Position numbers and translations under genes: made by a program
Shown: positions 42,788 to 50,820 of the stretch, piece by piece
How the letters are laid out: each line of letters begins with the position of its first letter
Numbering within the stretch: position 1 is the stretch's first letter
Notes under the pieces: model-generated
What the model was told of the DNA's origin: nothing
The model's input: the letters and a program-made list of their open reading frames with translations, nothing else
The model's database searches: none
DNA from: a bacterium
GTDB lineage: Bacteria > UBA8248
Assembly: GCA_965203325.1 (NCBI GenBank)
Contig: OZ241875.1
Coordinates: 3,392,001 to 3,456,000 of the forward strand
DNA length: 64,000 nt
Direction: 5' to 3'

Positions 42788-42815
42788 GCAGGGACAGCTC
42801 GCGAGCCGCCCCTAC
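42788..42815. repeat. GTAG-family REP-like palindrome R, degenerate copy 1
   Basis: GCAGGGACAGCTCGCGAGCCGCCCCTAC; compare 44360-44388; both are followed by GGGTT. Confidence 0.7.
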
Positions 42816-42841
42816 GGGTTCAGAAATATCCGTGAGCCGAC

Positions 42842-42902
42842 CGGGCGGACACTTTCGAGCTTCTCTTCCTCAGGAAGCTCGACACCCCTGCAAAACCCTA
42901 CA
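42842..42902. repeat. 61-bp repeat Y, copy 1
   Basis: One mismatch to 45773-45833; contains the hairpin TCGAGCTTC-N10-GAAGCTCGA. Confidence 0.93.
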
Positions 42903-43192
42903 CCCCGTCACCCCTCAATACCCCGAATCCACCGGGACCCGGCGCTGTCGCCATGCCTCCACCCGTTCGGAGCCGATCGAACATCTCAAGATCCGGGATC
43001 AGTGAGGAATGGCGGTTGTAGGGACAACCCCTCCTCGGGGTTGTCCGGCCCTCCGTGGTTGTCCTTTACAGGATAGTTGTCATCAGGACAGGCACGGCTA
43101 CGGGATCATCACGCCGCCGCCCGGACGCATAGTTTGCTTCTTCAACAGCCCCGTCCGGGGGAGAGTGGAATGAAAACTCCTGAATCGGGAGG

Positions 43193-43987
43193 CTAGATCG
43201 AGAGCCAGCCGCCGTCGATCGCCAGCGTGTGGCCGGTCACCATCGAGGAGGCGGGGCTCGCGAGGTAGAGGATGCCGCCGGCGATTTCCTCGGGCTCGCC
43301 GAGCCGGCCGAGCGGCGTGCGCGCCTCGATCTCGTCCACGAGCTCGGGCCGCCGCCGGCGCAGGTCGGCGCCGAGTTCGGTGTAGAAGAAGGTCGGCGCG
43401 ATGGCGTTCACCCGGACCCCCCGGCCCGCCCATTCGGCGGCGAGCGAGCGGGTCATGTTGACGATCGCCCCCTTGGTCGCCTGGTAGGGGACGTGGGGAA
43501 TCATCGGGTTCGCCCGAAACCCCATGATCGAGGCGATCGAGACGATCCGCCCCTCCCCCTGGGCCAGCATGTGCTTCGCCGCCCGGCGCGCGCAGACGAA
43601 CGGGGCGGTCATGTTGACCTCGACCACCTCGTCCCAGTCCTCGTCGGGAAACGACTCGGCCGGTCCGGGCCGTATGATGCCGGCATTGTTGATCAGGATG
43701 TGAAGCCCGCCGAACCGCTCGGCCGCTTGGTCGATCACGGTGTCGATGCGCTTGCGGTCGGCGACGTCGAGCCGCCAGGACTCGGCGACCCCGCCGGCGC
43801 CGCGGATCTCCGCCGTGACCCGCTCGGCCGCCGCCGTATCGATATCGGTGACCGCCACATGCGCCCCCGCGCCGGCGAGCGCGAGCGCAGCGATTCGTCC
43901 CAGCCCGCCGCCCGCCCCGGTGACCAGTGCGCTGTCGCCGTCGATGCGGAACAGATCCTCGATCGAAACCTCCTCGAAGCCCGCCAT
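43193..43987 (-). CDS. Short-chain dehydrogenase/reductase
   Basis: TGAGGGLG, INNAG, IASIMG, YQATKG, VNAIAPT; very GC-rich. Confidence 0.93.
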   Translation of the reverse strand: MAGFEEVSIEDLFRIDGDSALVTGAGGGLGRIAALALAGAGAHVAVTDIDTAAAERVTAEIRGAGGVAESWRLDVADRKRIDTVIDQAAERFGGLHILINNAGIIRPGPAESFPDEDWDEVVEVNMTAPFVCARRAAKHMLAQGEGRIVSIASIMGFRANPMIPHVPYQATKGAIVNMTRSLAAEWAGRGVRVNAIAPTFFYTELGADLRRRRPELVDEIEARTPLGRLGEPEEIAGGILYLASPASSMVTGHTLAIDGGWLSI

Positions 43988-44313
43988 GGCCGCCTCCCTG
44001 AAGACCCCTCCGGTCCCGCATCCCCCCGCCGCTACTCATTCGCGCGGTCAGGTGAGATTTGCGCCCAGATACGCCCCCGCAGAAACCGGTGTTGTTCGGA
44101 GGTTCCTTGCCGGTCTCGCCCAGCGCGGAACTCCGGGGCCGTATCGCCTCTCACCCTGACATTTCGGGATCGATTGAGCAAGGAGCAGCCTGGTGAGAGA
44201 GGAACGCGGCCTTCGATTCGACAAGGAGATCGGCGCCTGGTTCAGGAAGTCGAAGCAGGTTGCCCAGGCGGAGAGGAAACCCTGAGTCCGGCGCATCACG
44301 GGAAAACGCGGTA

Positions 44314-44336
44314 ACGGTAATTGCGGGGAAATGCGG
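44314..44336. repeat. 23-bp repeat X, copy 2
   Basis: ACGGTAATTGCGGGGAAATGCGG. Confidence 0.8.
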
Positions 44337-44359
44337 TCTTTTGCGGTTTTATGGAAGCT

Positions 44360-44388
44360 GTAGGGGCGGCTCGCGAGCCGCCCGCTAC
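44360..44388. repeat. GTAG-family REP-like palindrome R, copy 2
   Basis: GTAGGGGCGGCTCGCGAGCCGCCCGCTAC. Confidence 0.8.
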
Positions 44389-44497
44389 GGGTTGCGTTCT
44401 CACCGATGCGACGCGGCGGATTGGAGCCGTGCCGGGAAAATGATAGGATTATCTGCTCCACGAGGCTCCACCCCAGACCCCACAAGGCAAACGGACG

Positions 44498-44946
44498 ATG
44501 CAAAGCATCGAGAGACTCGCACCGGGATTCCTCCTTTGCGTATCAACGGGAGTCCTGCTTCTCTTCGGGTATGTTGCGATCCAATGTTCGCTGACCGGCA
44601 TGGAAGCATATGGTTTCCAGACTATTGCGCCCTTGGTGGGCTTGGGGGTTCATACATTTTAGGTCGTCAGGCGGCCGTCACCGGGCCTCATGCGCGCTCC
44701 GCCTTCAGGCGTCTTGTTTCCCTGTATCGTAGTATAGGCCGCGTGGCGAACATCATCGCCGAGGAAGAGCGCGAAGACGACGCGACGAAAATGAAGATCA
44801 TCGAAGCAATCGTCAGAGAACAGATAACCACGGCGAATGACGCGCTGGCGGATTGGCAGGACATCGTTCCTGAATCGGTGGAGGAACTGGGGCAAGAACT
44901 AACAAGAGAGACAACTCAGGAGTCGGGAGGACGGGCAAATGGATGA
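44498..44946 (+). pseudogene. Frameshifted two-TM membrane protein (149 aa if repaired)
   Basis: The frame from ATG 44498 encodes a hydrophobic 54 aa peptide ending at 44662. One extra G in the G5 tract at 44644-44648 joins it to ...LGGSYILGRQ...PHARSAFRRLVSLY...DALADW, ending at 44946. Confidence 0.6.
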
Positions 44947-45394
44947 TCCGATTCGAGGGAAAGTCGCCAAGATTCTCAACGCGCGCGAAGTCGCCATCAA
45001 CCTGGGCAGCGAGCAAGGGGTGCGCCCCGGCATGTATTTCGACGTCGTCGCCCGGTATGAGGACATCGTGGATCCCGACACGAACGAATCGCTGGGCGCC
45101 GTCGAACGCCCGAAAATCAGGGTGAAAATCACCTGGGTGCAGGAAAAGCTGTCCCTGGCTTCCACCTATAGAAGCCGGGAAGTCAACGTCGGGGGAGATA
45201 TTCATGTACGGGATTTCTCCAAAGCTCTACCGGATTTTTCCAGAGCTCTGATGCCGGCCAAATGGGTGAAAAAATACGAGACGTTCAAGACAAAAGAAGA
45301 ACCTGCCGAGCCTCTCGATGAGCAGAAAAGTCTCGTGAAGGTGGGCGACCCCGTCGTCCAGGTGTTGCCGGTCGCCGAACAAGAGCGCGTATAA
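44939..45394 (+). CDS. Hypothetical beta-rich protein (FlgT C-terminal-like)
   Basis: IRGKVAKILNAREVAINLGSEQGVRPGMYFDV...IVDPDTNESLG...VKVGDPV; overlaps the upstream stop by 8 nt. Confidence 0.75.
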   Translation: MDDPIRGKVAKILNAREVAINLGSEQGVRPGMYFDVVARYEDIVDPDTNESLGAVERPKIRVKITWVQEKLSLASTYRSREVNVGGDIHVRDFSKALPDFSRALMPAKWVKKYETFKTKEEPAEPLDEQKSLVKVGDPVVQVLPVAEQERV

Positions 45395-45453
45395 CCGAGG
45401 CGAACGAGGAGTTTGTAAGTGCTTCGCCTGATGAAGAAACGGAGGAGTAAACA

Positions 45454-45588
45454 ATGGCCAAAGAGCCGATACCACCGCCCTCGAAACGCTTGGTTCGGGT
45501 TGGGGATGGCGTATCGTCCAAGCCCAGGAATTTCGCCAAACCCAAACCGCCTCCGGCTCCCCCACCCAAGAAGCGGGCGAATGGATGA
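45454..45588 (+). CDS. Small proline-rich basic peptide (44 aa)
   Basis: Below the track cut-off. MAKEPIPPPSKRLVRVGDGVSSKPRNFAKPKPPPAPPPKKRANG; strong GGAGGAG RBS; coupled to the next ORF. Confidence 0.55.
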   Translation: MAKEPIPPPSKRLVRVGDGVSSKPRNFAKPKPPPAPPPKKRANG

Positions 45589-45763
45589 CCCGATAATCGC
45601 CGAGGTACGCGCCGCGCGGGATGCGCACGCGGCGCGCTTCGGTTACGACGTGGCGGAAATTTTCCGGGACATTCGGGCCATGCAGGACGCGTCCGGTTCC
45701 GAATACGTCCGCCATCCCGCACGCCGCGTTACCACAATGCCCGACGATTCCCCATCGCCGTAA
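45581..45763 (+). CDS. Small helical protein resembling partners of PIN-domain toxins (60 aa)
   Basis: MDDPIIAEVRAARDAHAARFGYDVAEIFRDIRAMQ; family recalled from memory, not searched. Confidence 0.65.
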   Translation: MDDPIIAEVRAARDAHAARFGYDVAEIFRDIRAMQDASGSEYVRHPARRVTTMPDDSPSP

Positions 45764-45772
45764 TGCCCGGCG

Positions 45773-45833
45773 CGGGCGGACACTTTCGAGCTTCTCTTCC
45801 TCAGGAAGCTCGACACCCCTACAAAACCCTACA
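45773..45833. repeat. 61-bp repeat Y, copy 2
   Basis: Matches 42842-42902 with one mismatch. Confidence 0.93.
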
Positions 45834-45907
45834 AACCCCGGCAATCCCTCCCCGGGGCTGTTGAATAACCTCTCAAAGGGGGGGTGATGACTCCGCCCCC
45901 ATGAAAC

Positions 45908-46399
45908 CTAGCGGTCTATCGGGTCGCGCGGGTCGAACTCGGTTCCCCACACGCCCCGGCGGTATCGCCTGGCGAGGTTTTCGGCCTCTATCAGCTCCTT
46001 CCGGTAGCGCACGTTGGGGTGTTTCACGAGGGCGCGGCCCAGACCCCGCAACACCACGAGCGCGTTCACGAGGCCGCCTTCTTCGAGGAAGACGTAATAA
46101 AGCGTCTGTCCTGAGGCGTCCACGGGTTTTTCGTCGATTTCGAGGCTCACCGTCCGGTTCTCGATGAGGCGCTTTAAGTACGCATGGGCCTGGCTCGCGC
46201 CCGGCGCGCCGGGAGCGGGGGCGGACACGCCGATCAGGGCGGAGCGCAGCCCGCCGCCGAGTTGAAAGCTCGCCCCGTCGTAGACCTTGGTGACGCGCGC
46301 CTTGAGGCGTCTTGGGCGTTCGGCTCCCTGGGCCGGCGCGGGCGCGTACGCAAGCGTCATCAGGACGAGCGCGCACAGAAAGAGAGTCGTTTTTTTCAT
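45908..46399 (-). CDS. Secreted thermonuclease (SNase)-fold protein, catalytic residues degenerate
   Basis: Signal peptide MKKTTLFLCALVLMTLAYAPAPA; SNase pattern ARVTKVYDG...LIGV.AP...LVNALVVLRGLG...AENLARRYRRGVW. Confidence 0.82.
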   Translation of the reverse strand: MKKTTLFLCALVLMTLAYAPAPAQGAERPRRLKARVTKVYDGASFQLGGGLRSALIGVSAPAPGAPGASQAHAYLKRLIENRTVSLEIDEKPVDASGQTLYYVFLEEGGLVNALVVLRGLGRALVKHPNVRYRKELIEAENLARRYRRGVWGTEFDPRDPIDR

Positions 46400-46604
46400 C
46401 CTCGCCTCATTCGTGTTTTATCGGGGATAGCCCCGGAATCCTTCGCGTTCTCATGGAAATATCCACGTCATGGGAGCTTGTTTATACCACAGGGCGAGGC
46501 GGTGCGCTTCGAGCCGAACTTGCGTGCAGGGTGGGGCGCGGGGACAATGAGTATCGGAAATTGACGCCGGAGCATGGAGATACTTACAAAGGAGCAGGCC
46601 GGCA

Positions 46605-47135
46605 TTGGCGGATGCGAGCGAGAAGCGGATATTCATCATCGCTGGGCCGAACGGCGCGGGCAAGACGACCTTCGCCACGGAATTTCTGCCGAACGAGGCG
46701 GATTGCCCTTATTTTATCAACACGGATCTAATCGCCGCCGGATTGAATCCGTTCGGTCCCGATCGGGTTGGCGTGCGTGCGGGCAGGCTGGTCCTGAACC
46801 AAATCCGCGAACACGCGCTGCGAGGAGAGAGCTTCGCCTTCGAGACGACGTTGAGCGGGCGGAATTATGCGCGCCATATTCCACGCTGGCGGGAGCAGGG
46901 CTACCGTGTCAAGCTGTTCTTCCTGCGGCTGCCGACGCCCGAGATGGCGGTCGCGCGCGTCGCGCAGCGCGTTCGGGAGGGTGGCCACGATGTGCCCGAG
47001 GGGGTGATCCGAAGACGGTACGACGCCGGCCGGCGCAACTTCGAGCAAATCTATCGGGGTTTGGTCGACGGATGGGCTTTGTATGATAATTCGGGTGATG
47101 AGCCTGAATTGCTGGAGGAGGAGTCGAGGGAATGA
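46605..47135 (+). CDS. Zeta-toxin-like P-loop protein (COG4185 type)
   Basis: IIAGPNGAGKTTF, FINTDLIAAGL, SFAFETTLSG, RVAQRVREGGHDVP, YDNS. Confidence 0.88.
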   Translation: MADASEKRIFIIAGPNGAGKTTFATEFLPNEADCPYFINTDLIAAGLNPFGPDRVGVRAGRLVLNQIREHALRGESFAFETTLSGRNYARHIPRWREQGYRVKLFFLRLPTPEMAVARVAQRVREGGHDVPEGVIRRRYDAGRRNFEQIYRGLVDGWALYDNSGDEPELLEEESRE

Positions 47136-47353
47136 CCTCACCACAGAACGAGCCGACCCGAAAGCCTCGGGACCCCGATTTCATCGGCGCAGAGGCGGCG
47201 ATGCGCAGGGCCGCCGAGCGCGCGCGCAGGCGGGCGGCGGAAGCGGCCAGGGCTGCCGCGTCCGGAGGCGTGGAACACGAGTTGGGCGAGATACACTGGT
47301 TCTACTACACCGGCCGCGACCCGCGCGAGCGAAGCCCCCGAAAGTCAGAGTAA
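47132..47353 (+). CDS. Small partner protein of the zeta-like ATPase
   Basis: ATGA overlap; basic helix RDPDFIGAEAAMRRAAERARRRA. Confidence 0.65.
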   Translation: MTSPQNEPTRKPRDPDFIGAEAAMRRAAERARRRAAEAARAAASGGVEHELGEIHWFYYTGRDPRERSPRKSE

Positions 47354-47519
47354 GGAGTAATGCGAGGGTGTGTCCTGGCGTCAACCCCGTGAAAACCCGG
47401 TCCGAAAGTCACCCCTCCGAGGACTTAAATGTGATAATCTTGCAATGATAGTCGGCGCACGACCCATAACTGCGTCGGCGTTGCCTGCAACAGACGAGCC
47501 GCCGGAATGGAGATGAATC

Positions 47520-48131
47520 ATGAAATGGACCATCCTGACGCTTGCCGCGTCGCTTATACTCTTCGCACACGCCGCAAGCGCGCAGAAGCTCGAAAAGGCG
47601 ATCTTCGCCGGCGGGTGCTTCTGGTGCGTCGAGTCTGATTTCGACAAGGTGCCGGGCGTGGTCTCGACGACTTCGGGCTATACCGGCGGCAGGACCAAGA
47701 ACCCGACCTACAAGGAAGTCACCTACGGCGACACGGGGCACTACGAGGCGGTCGAGATCACCTACGATCCGGCGAAGGTCAGCTACGAGGCGCTGCTCAC
47801 CGCCTTCTGGCACTCGGTCGATCCGACGGATGACGGCGGCCAGTTCTGCGACCGGGGCGATTCCTACAAAACAGCCGTTTTCGCCCTGAACGAGAAGCAG
47901 CGCAAGGCGGCAGAGGCCTCCAAGAAGGCGGCGCAAGAGGCTCTGGGCAAACCGATCGTCACCCCGATACTCACCGCCGCCACGTTCTATCCCGCCGAGT
48001 ATTATCACCAGAACTATTATCAGAATAATTCGTACCGCTACCGCTACTACCGCTTCTCGTGCGGCCGCGACAGAAAGCTCAGGAACCTCTGGGGCGAGCA
48101 CGCCTTCAAGGGCATCCCGAAACTCAACTGA
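47520..48131 (+). CDS. msrA: Peptide-methionine (S)-S-oxide reductase, with signal peptide
   Basis: AGGCFWCVE, SGYTGG, TGHYEAV, GQFCDRG, AEYYHQNYY. Confidence 0.96.
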   Translation: MKWTILTLAASLILFAHAASAQKLEKAIFAGGCFWCVESDFDKVPGVVSTTSGYTGGRTKNPTYKEVTYGDTGHYEAVEITYDPAKVSYEALLTAFWHSVDPTDDGGQFCDRGDSYKTAVFALNEKQRKAAEASKKAAQEALGKPIVTPILTAATFYPAEYYHQNYYQNNSYRYRYYRFSCGRDRKLRNLWGEHAFKGIPKLN

Positions 48132-48170
48132 AGCCGCGCCGTTCTCGGTCGCGGCAAACGCTCACTCACC

Positions 48171-48343
48171 GGGGTTGTTGAAAAAGCCTCGATTTACGAT
48201 GTTTTGACACGACCCGGGAGGGGAAGGTTTTTGTAGGGGCCGCATATATGCGGCCCTTGTAGTGGGTGAAAAAAATTAGGGTCGCATATATGCGACCCCT
48301 ACACACAAGCTAATTTTCCCTTTCCGGCTTTTTCAACAACCCC
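48171..48343. mobile_element. MITE-like element 1 (173 bp) carrying an inverted REP doublet
   Basis: Perfect 18-bp terminal inverted repeats GGGGTTGTTGAAAAAGCC / GGCTTTTTCAACAACCCC; internal GTAGGGGCCGCATATATGCGGCCC and GGGTCGCATATATGCGACCCCTAC. Confidence 0.8.
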
Positions 48344-49029
48344 TACGAGGCTTGGTTGCGCTCCAGCATGTCCAGCACGTCGTCGGTTTTCGTTATCCAG
48401 CCGAATTTCGATTCGAAGTTGTAGAGCGTCGCCTCGCGGGTGAAGTCAGGTCCCGTGTGATCCATCGCGTCCTCGACGAGAATGGGCCAGAACTCGCGGA
48501 AATAGGCCTCGCGCGCCGTGCTCTCCACGCAGACGTTCGTGGCCACGCCGGTGAAGAGGATGTGCCGGATGTCGAGGCCGTTCAACTGGTTTTCCAGCGT
48601 CGTTCCCGCGAAGCCGCTGTAGCGGGCCTTCTTTACGACGAGGTCGTCCGGCTCGGGCTTGAGTTCGTCGATGATCTCCCACCCCCACGTCCCCTCGATG
48701 ATGAGCTTCTCGCGGTCCTCCGGGCGCTCCTCGATCATCTTGAACGCCATGTGCTTGCGCACGTTGGGCGACTGCGGCCCGCCTGCGTCGCTCAAGTCCG
48801 GCTTGTAGCCGAACTGGAGATAGATGACCTTCACGCCCGCCGCGCGCGCCGCATCGAGCAGTCGCTGATGGGCCGCGATGACGGGGTTCGTGCGGGCCTC
48901 ATCGATGCCCGTTCCCAAATCGAGCATTCCGCCCTTCTTGGCATAAGCGTTCTGCATGTCGACCACGATGAAAGCGGTTCGCCCCAGGTTGATCTCCACC
49001 TCCCGGGGCCGCGCCTTGAGGATTGCCAT
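48343..49029 (-). CDS. Isochorismatase-family cysteine hydrolase (RutB-like)
   Basis: VVDMQN, KARYSGF, GVATNVCVESTAR (D-K-C triad). Confidence 0.9.
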   Translation of the reverse strand: MAILKARPREVEINLGRTAFIVVDMQNAYAKKGGMLDLGTGIDEARTNPVIAAHQRLLDAARAAGVKVIYLQFGYKPDLSDAGGPQSPNVRKHMAFKMIEERPEDREKLIIEGTWGWEIIDELKPEPDDLVVKKARYSGFAGTTLENQLNGLDIRHILFTGVATNVCVESTAREAYFREFWPILVEDAMDHTGPDFTREATLYNFESKFGWITKTDDVLDMLERNQAS

Positions 49030-49223
49030 GCGTCTTCTCCATGGATTTCAGGACAAAATTTTCTTCAGTGCTTCTTTATAGCACAGGGGGCGAAGCGATG
49101 CGCCCCACCAGGCTGAGGGGGGAATTCTTTCGACGGGGGAGGGGCTGATGAAACACCTGGCATGTGACCCCTGCGAAGATCGCTTCCAACCGAGGAGAAT
49201 CCCAAATCCACTCCCCCCTTGAG

Positions 49224-49399
49224 GGGGTTGTTGAAAAAGCCTTCATCGGGCGGATCTCTTGTGTAGGGGTCGCATATATGCGACCCGGCCTTTTTGCCTT
49301 CCAACGACGGGCCGCATATATGCGGCCCCTACACTCCCTTCGCCAAGGCGTAATCCCATTGCCGTCATTCCGGCATTGCAAGACTTTTTCAACAGCCCC
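49224..49399. mobile_element. MITE-like element 2 (176 bp) carrying an inverted REP doublet
   Basis: TIRs GGGGTTGTTGAAAAAGCC / GACTTTTTCAACAGCCCC (2 mismatches); the same two REP variants in opposite order to element 1. Confidence 0.78.
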
Positions 49400-49445
49400 A
49401 TATTCGTGTCCCTTTTTTCTGATTTTTGGATTCGCCGGAATGACG
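49363..49445. repeat. CGTC-family REP-like inverted repeat
   Basis: CGTCATTCCGGC ... GCCGGAATGACG (12-bp perfect arms). Confidence 0.65.
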
Positions 49446-49479
49446 ATGTGATGAATTCCAAGGTGGGAGAGAACCCACG

Positions 49480-49507
49480 GTAGGGACAGGTCGCGACCTG
49501 TCCCTAC
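49480..49507. repeat. GTAG-family REP-like perfect palindrome
   Basis: GTAGGGACAGGTCGCGACCTGTCCCTAC. Confidence 0.85.
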
Positions 49508-49756
49508 AGGTCAGAGACCCAGACCACAGTTCGCGAACCGTGGAACGAAAACGCAGGTACACACCCACGCTACCTGATTTGACCCATGAAAAGGCTACGA
49601 GAAACCAGTTGGCTCGACCTTATCCGCCCTTATGAAAGCCCTCTTCATTGCGGCTCACTCTCCTTGCCCCTACAATGTCAAACCCGACTGAGAAAGGAGG
49701 GTTTGCGTGATTCATATTGCCGGACAGGTTCGTAATTCGTTTGGGAGCGCAGGTTC

Positions 49757-50737
49757 GTGACCGACATAGCGACGCTGAAAGAGGGCGAGCGGTTCGACGC
49801 TTTCTTCAAGATCCGCGAATACGAGGCGCGCCAGAGCCGCGCGGGCCGGGACTATCTCGATTTGACCCTCGAAGACGCCACGGGCGATATCCCCGCCAAG
49901 GTCTGGGAGCCCGCGACGCAGGTGCAGGGCGAAATCGGGGCGGGCGATTTCATCAAGGTGCGCGCCATGGCGGAGAACTACCAGGGCCGCCTGCAACTTC
50001 GGGTGGAGCGCGTCCGCCGGGTGAACGAGCAGGATTACGAGAGCGGCTTCAGGCCCGAGGACTGCGTGCAGCGAACGCCCTATGACATCGATGTCATGTG
50101 GGAGGAGGCGAAGCGCATCGCGGGCGGCTGCCACCCGCTCGTGGCGGCCTATCTCACCGCCATCCTCGACGCATATGAAGAAAAATTCCGCGAGTGGCCC
50201 GCCGCACAGCGCATCCACCATCCCTACCTGGGCGGCCTACTGGAGCACACTCTTTCTGTTACGAAAACGTGCCTGTATCTGGCGGATAAATACGACGTCT
50301 CGAAAGACCTCCTCGTCGCGGGCGCGCTCTTGCACGACATCGGAAAGCTGGAGGAACTCTCCACCGAGGGCGCGACGCACTACACTCCTGCAGGCCGCCT
50401 CCTCGGCCACATCGTGCTGGGGCGCGACATCGCCCGTGAGTGGGCGGGCCGCGAGGGCGTGTTCCAGGATGGAGAGACGCTGCCGGAGGATTTTCTGCTC
50501 CATCTGGAGCACCTCATCCTCTCGCACCAGGGGCAGCCCGACTGGGGCACGGTGAAGGTGCCCATGTCGGCGGAGGCGCTCCTGCTCCACTACGCGGACG
50601 ACATGGACGCGAAGTTCAACATCGTCAAGCGCGCGGTGGCCGAAGACAAAGGCGATGAGGAGTTCACGGCCAGAAATCACGTGATGGCGCGCGTCTTCTA
50701 CAAGGGCGGCCCGCCGCTCCCGCCGGAGAATGGATAG
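49757..50737 (+). CDS. yhaM: 3'-5' exoribonuclease YhaM-like (OB fold plus HD domain)
   Basis: YLDLTLEDATGDIPAKVW, PAAQRIHHPYLGGLLEHT, LLHDIGK, HLILSHQG, LHYADDMDAK. Confidence 0.88.
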   Translation: MTDIATLKEGERFDAFFKIREYEARQSRAGRDYLDLTLEDATGDIPAKVWEPATQVQGEIGAGDFIKVRAMAENYQGRLQLRVERVRRVNEQDYESGFRPEDCVQRTPYDIDVMWEEAKRIAGGCHPLVAAYLTAILDAYEEKFREWPAAQRIHHPYLGGLLEHTLSVTKTCLYLADKYDVSKDLLVAGALLHDIGKLEELSTEGATHYTPAGRLLGHIVLGRDIAREWAGREGVFQDGETLPEDFLLHLEHLILSHQGQPDWGTVKVPMSAEALLLHYADDMDAKFNIVKRAVAEDKGDEEFTARNHVMARVFYKGGPPLPPENG

Positions 50738-50820
50738 AATGTTTGCTCGTGCGGCCATTCTCGTCTCCTGCGTGCTCCCCCACGCGCCCCGCCCCGGGCC
50801 ACTGCCGGAGAGACCAGAAA

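Noticed and set aside
44260..44497. N-terminal part of the 228 aa track ORF
   Set aside because: It crosses repeat X and a REP palindrome and is not protein-like; the frameshift model from ATG 44498 explains the region better.
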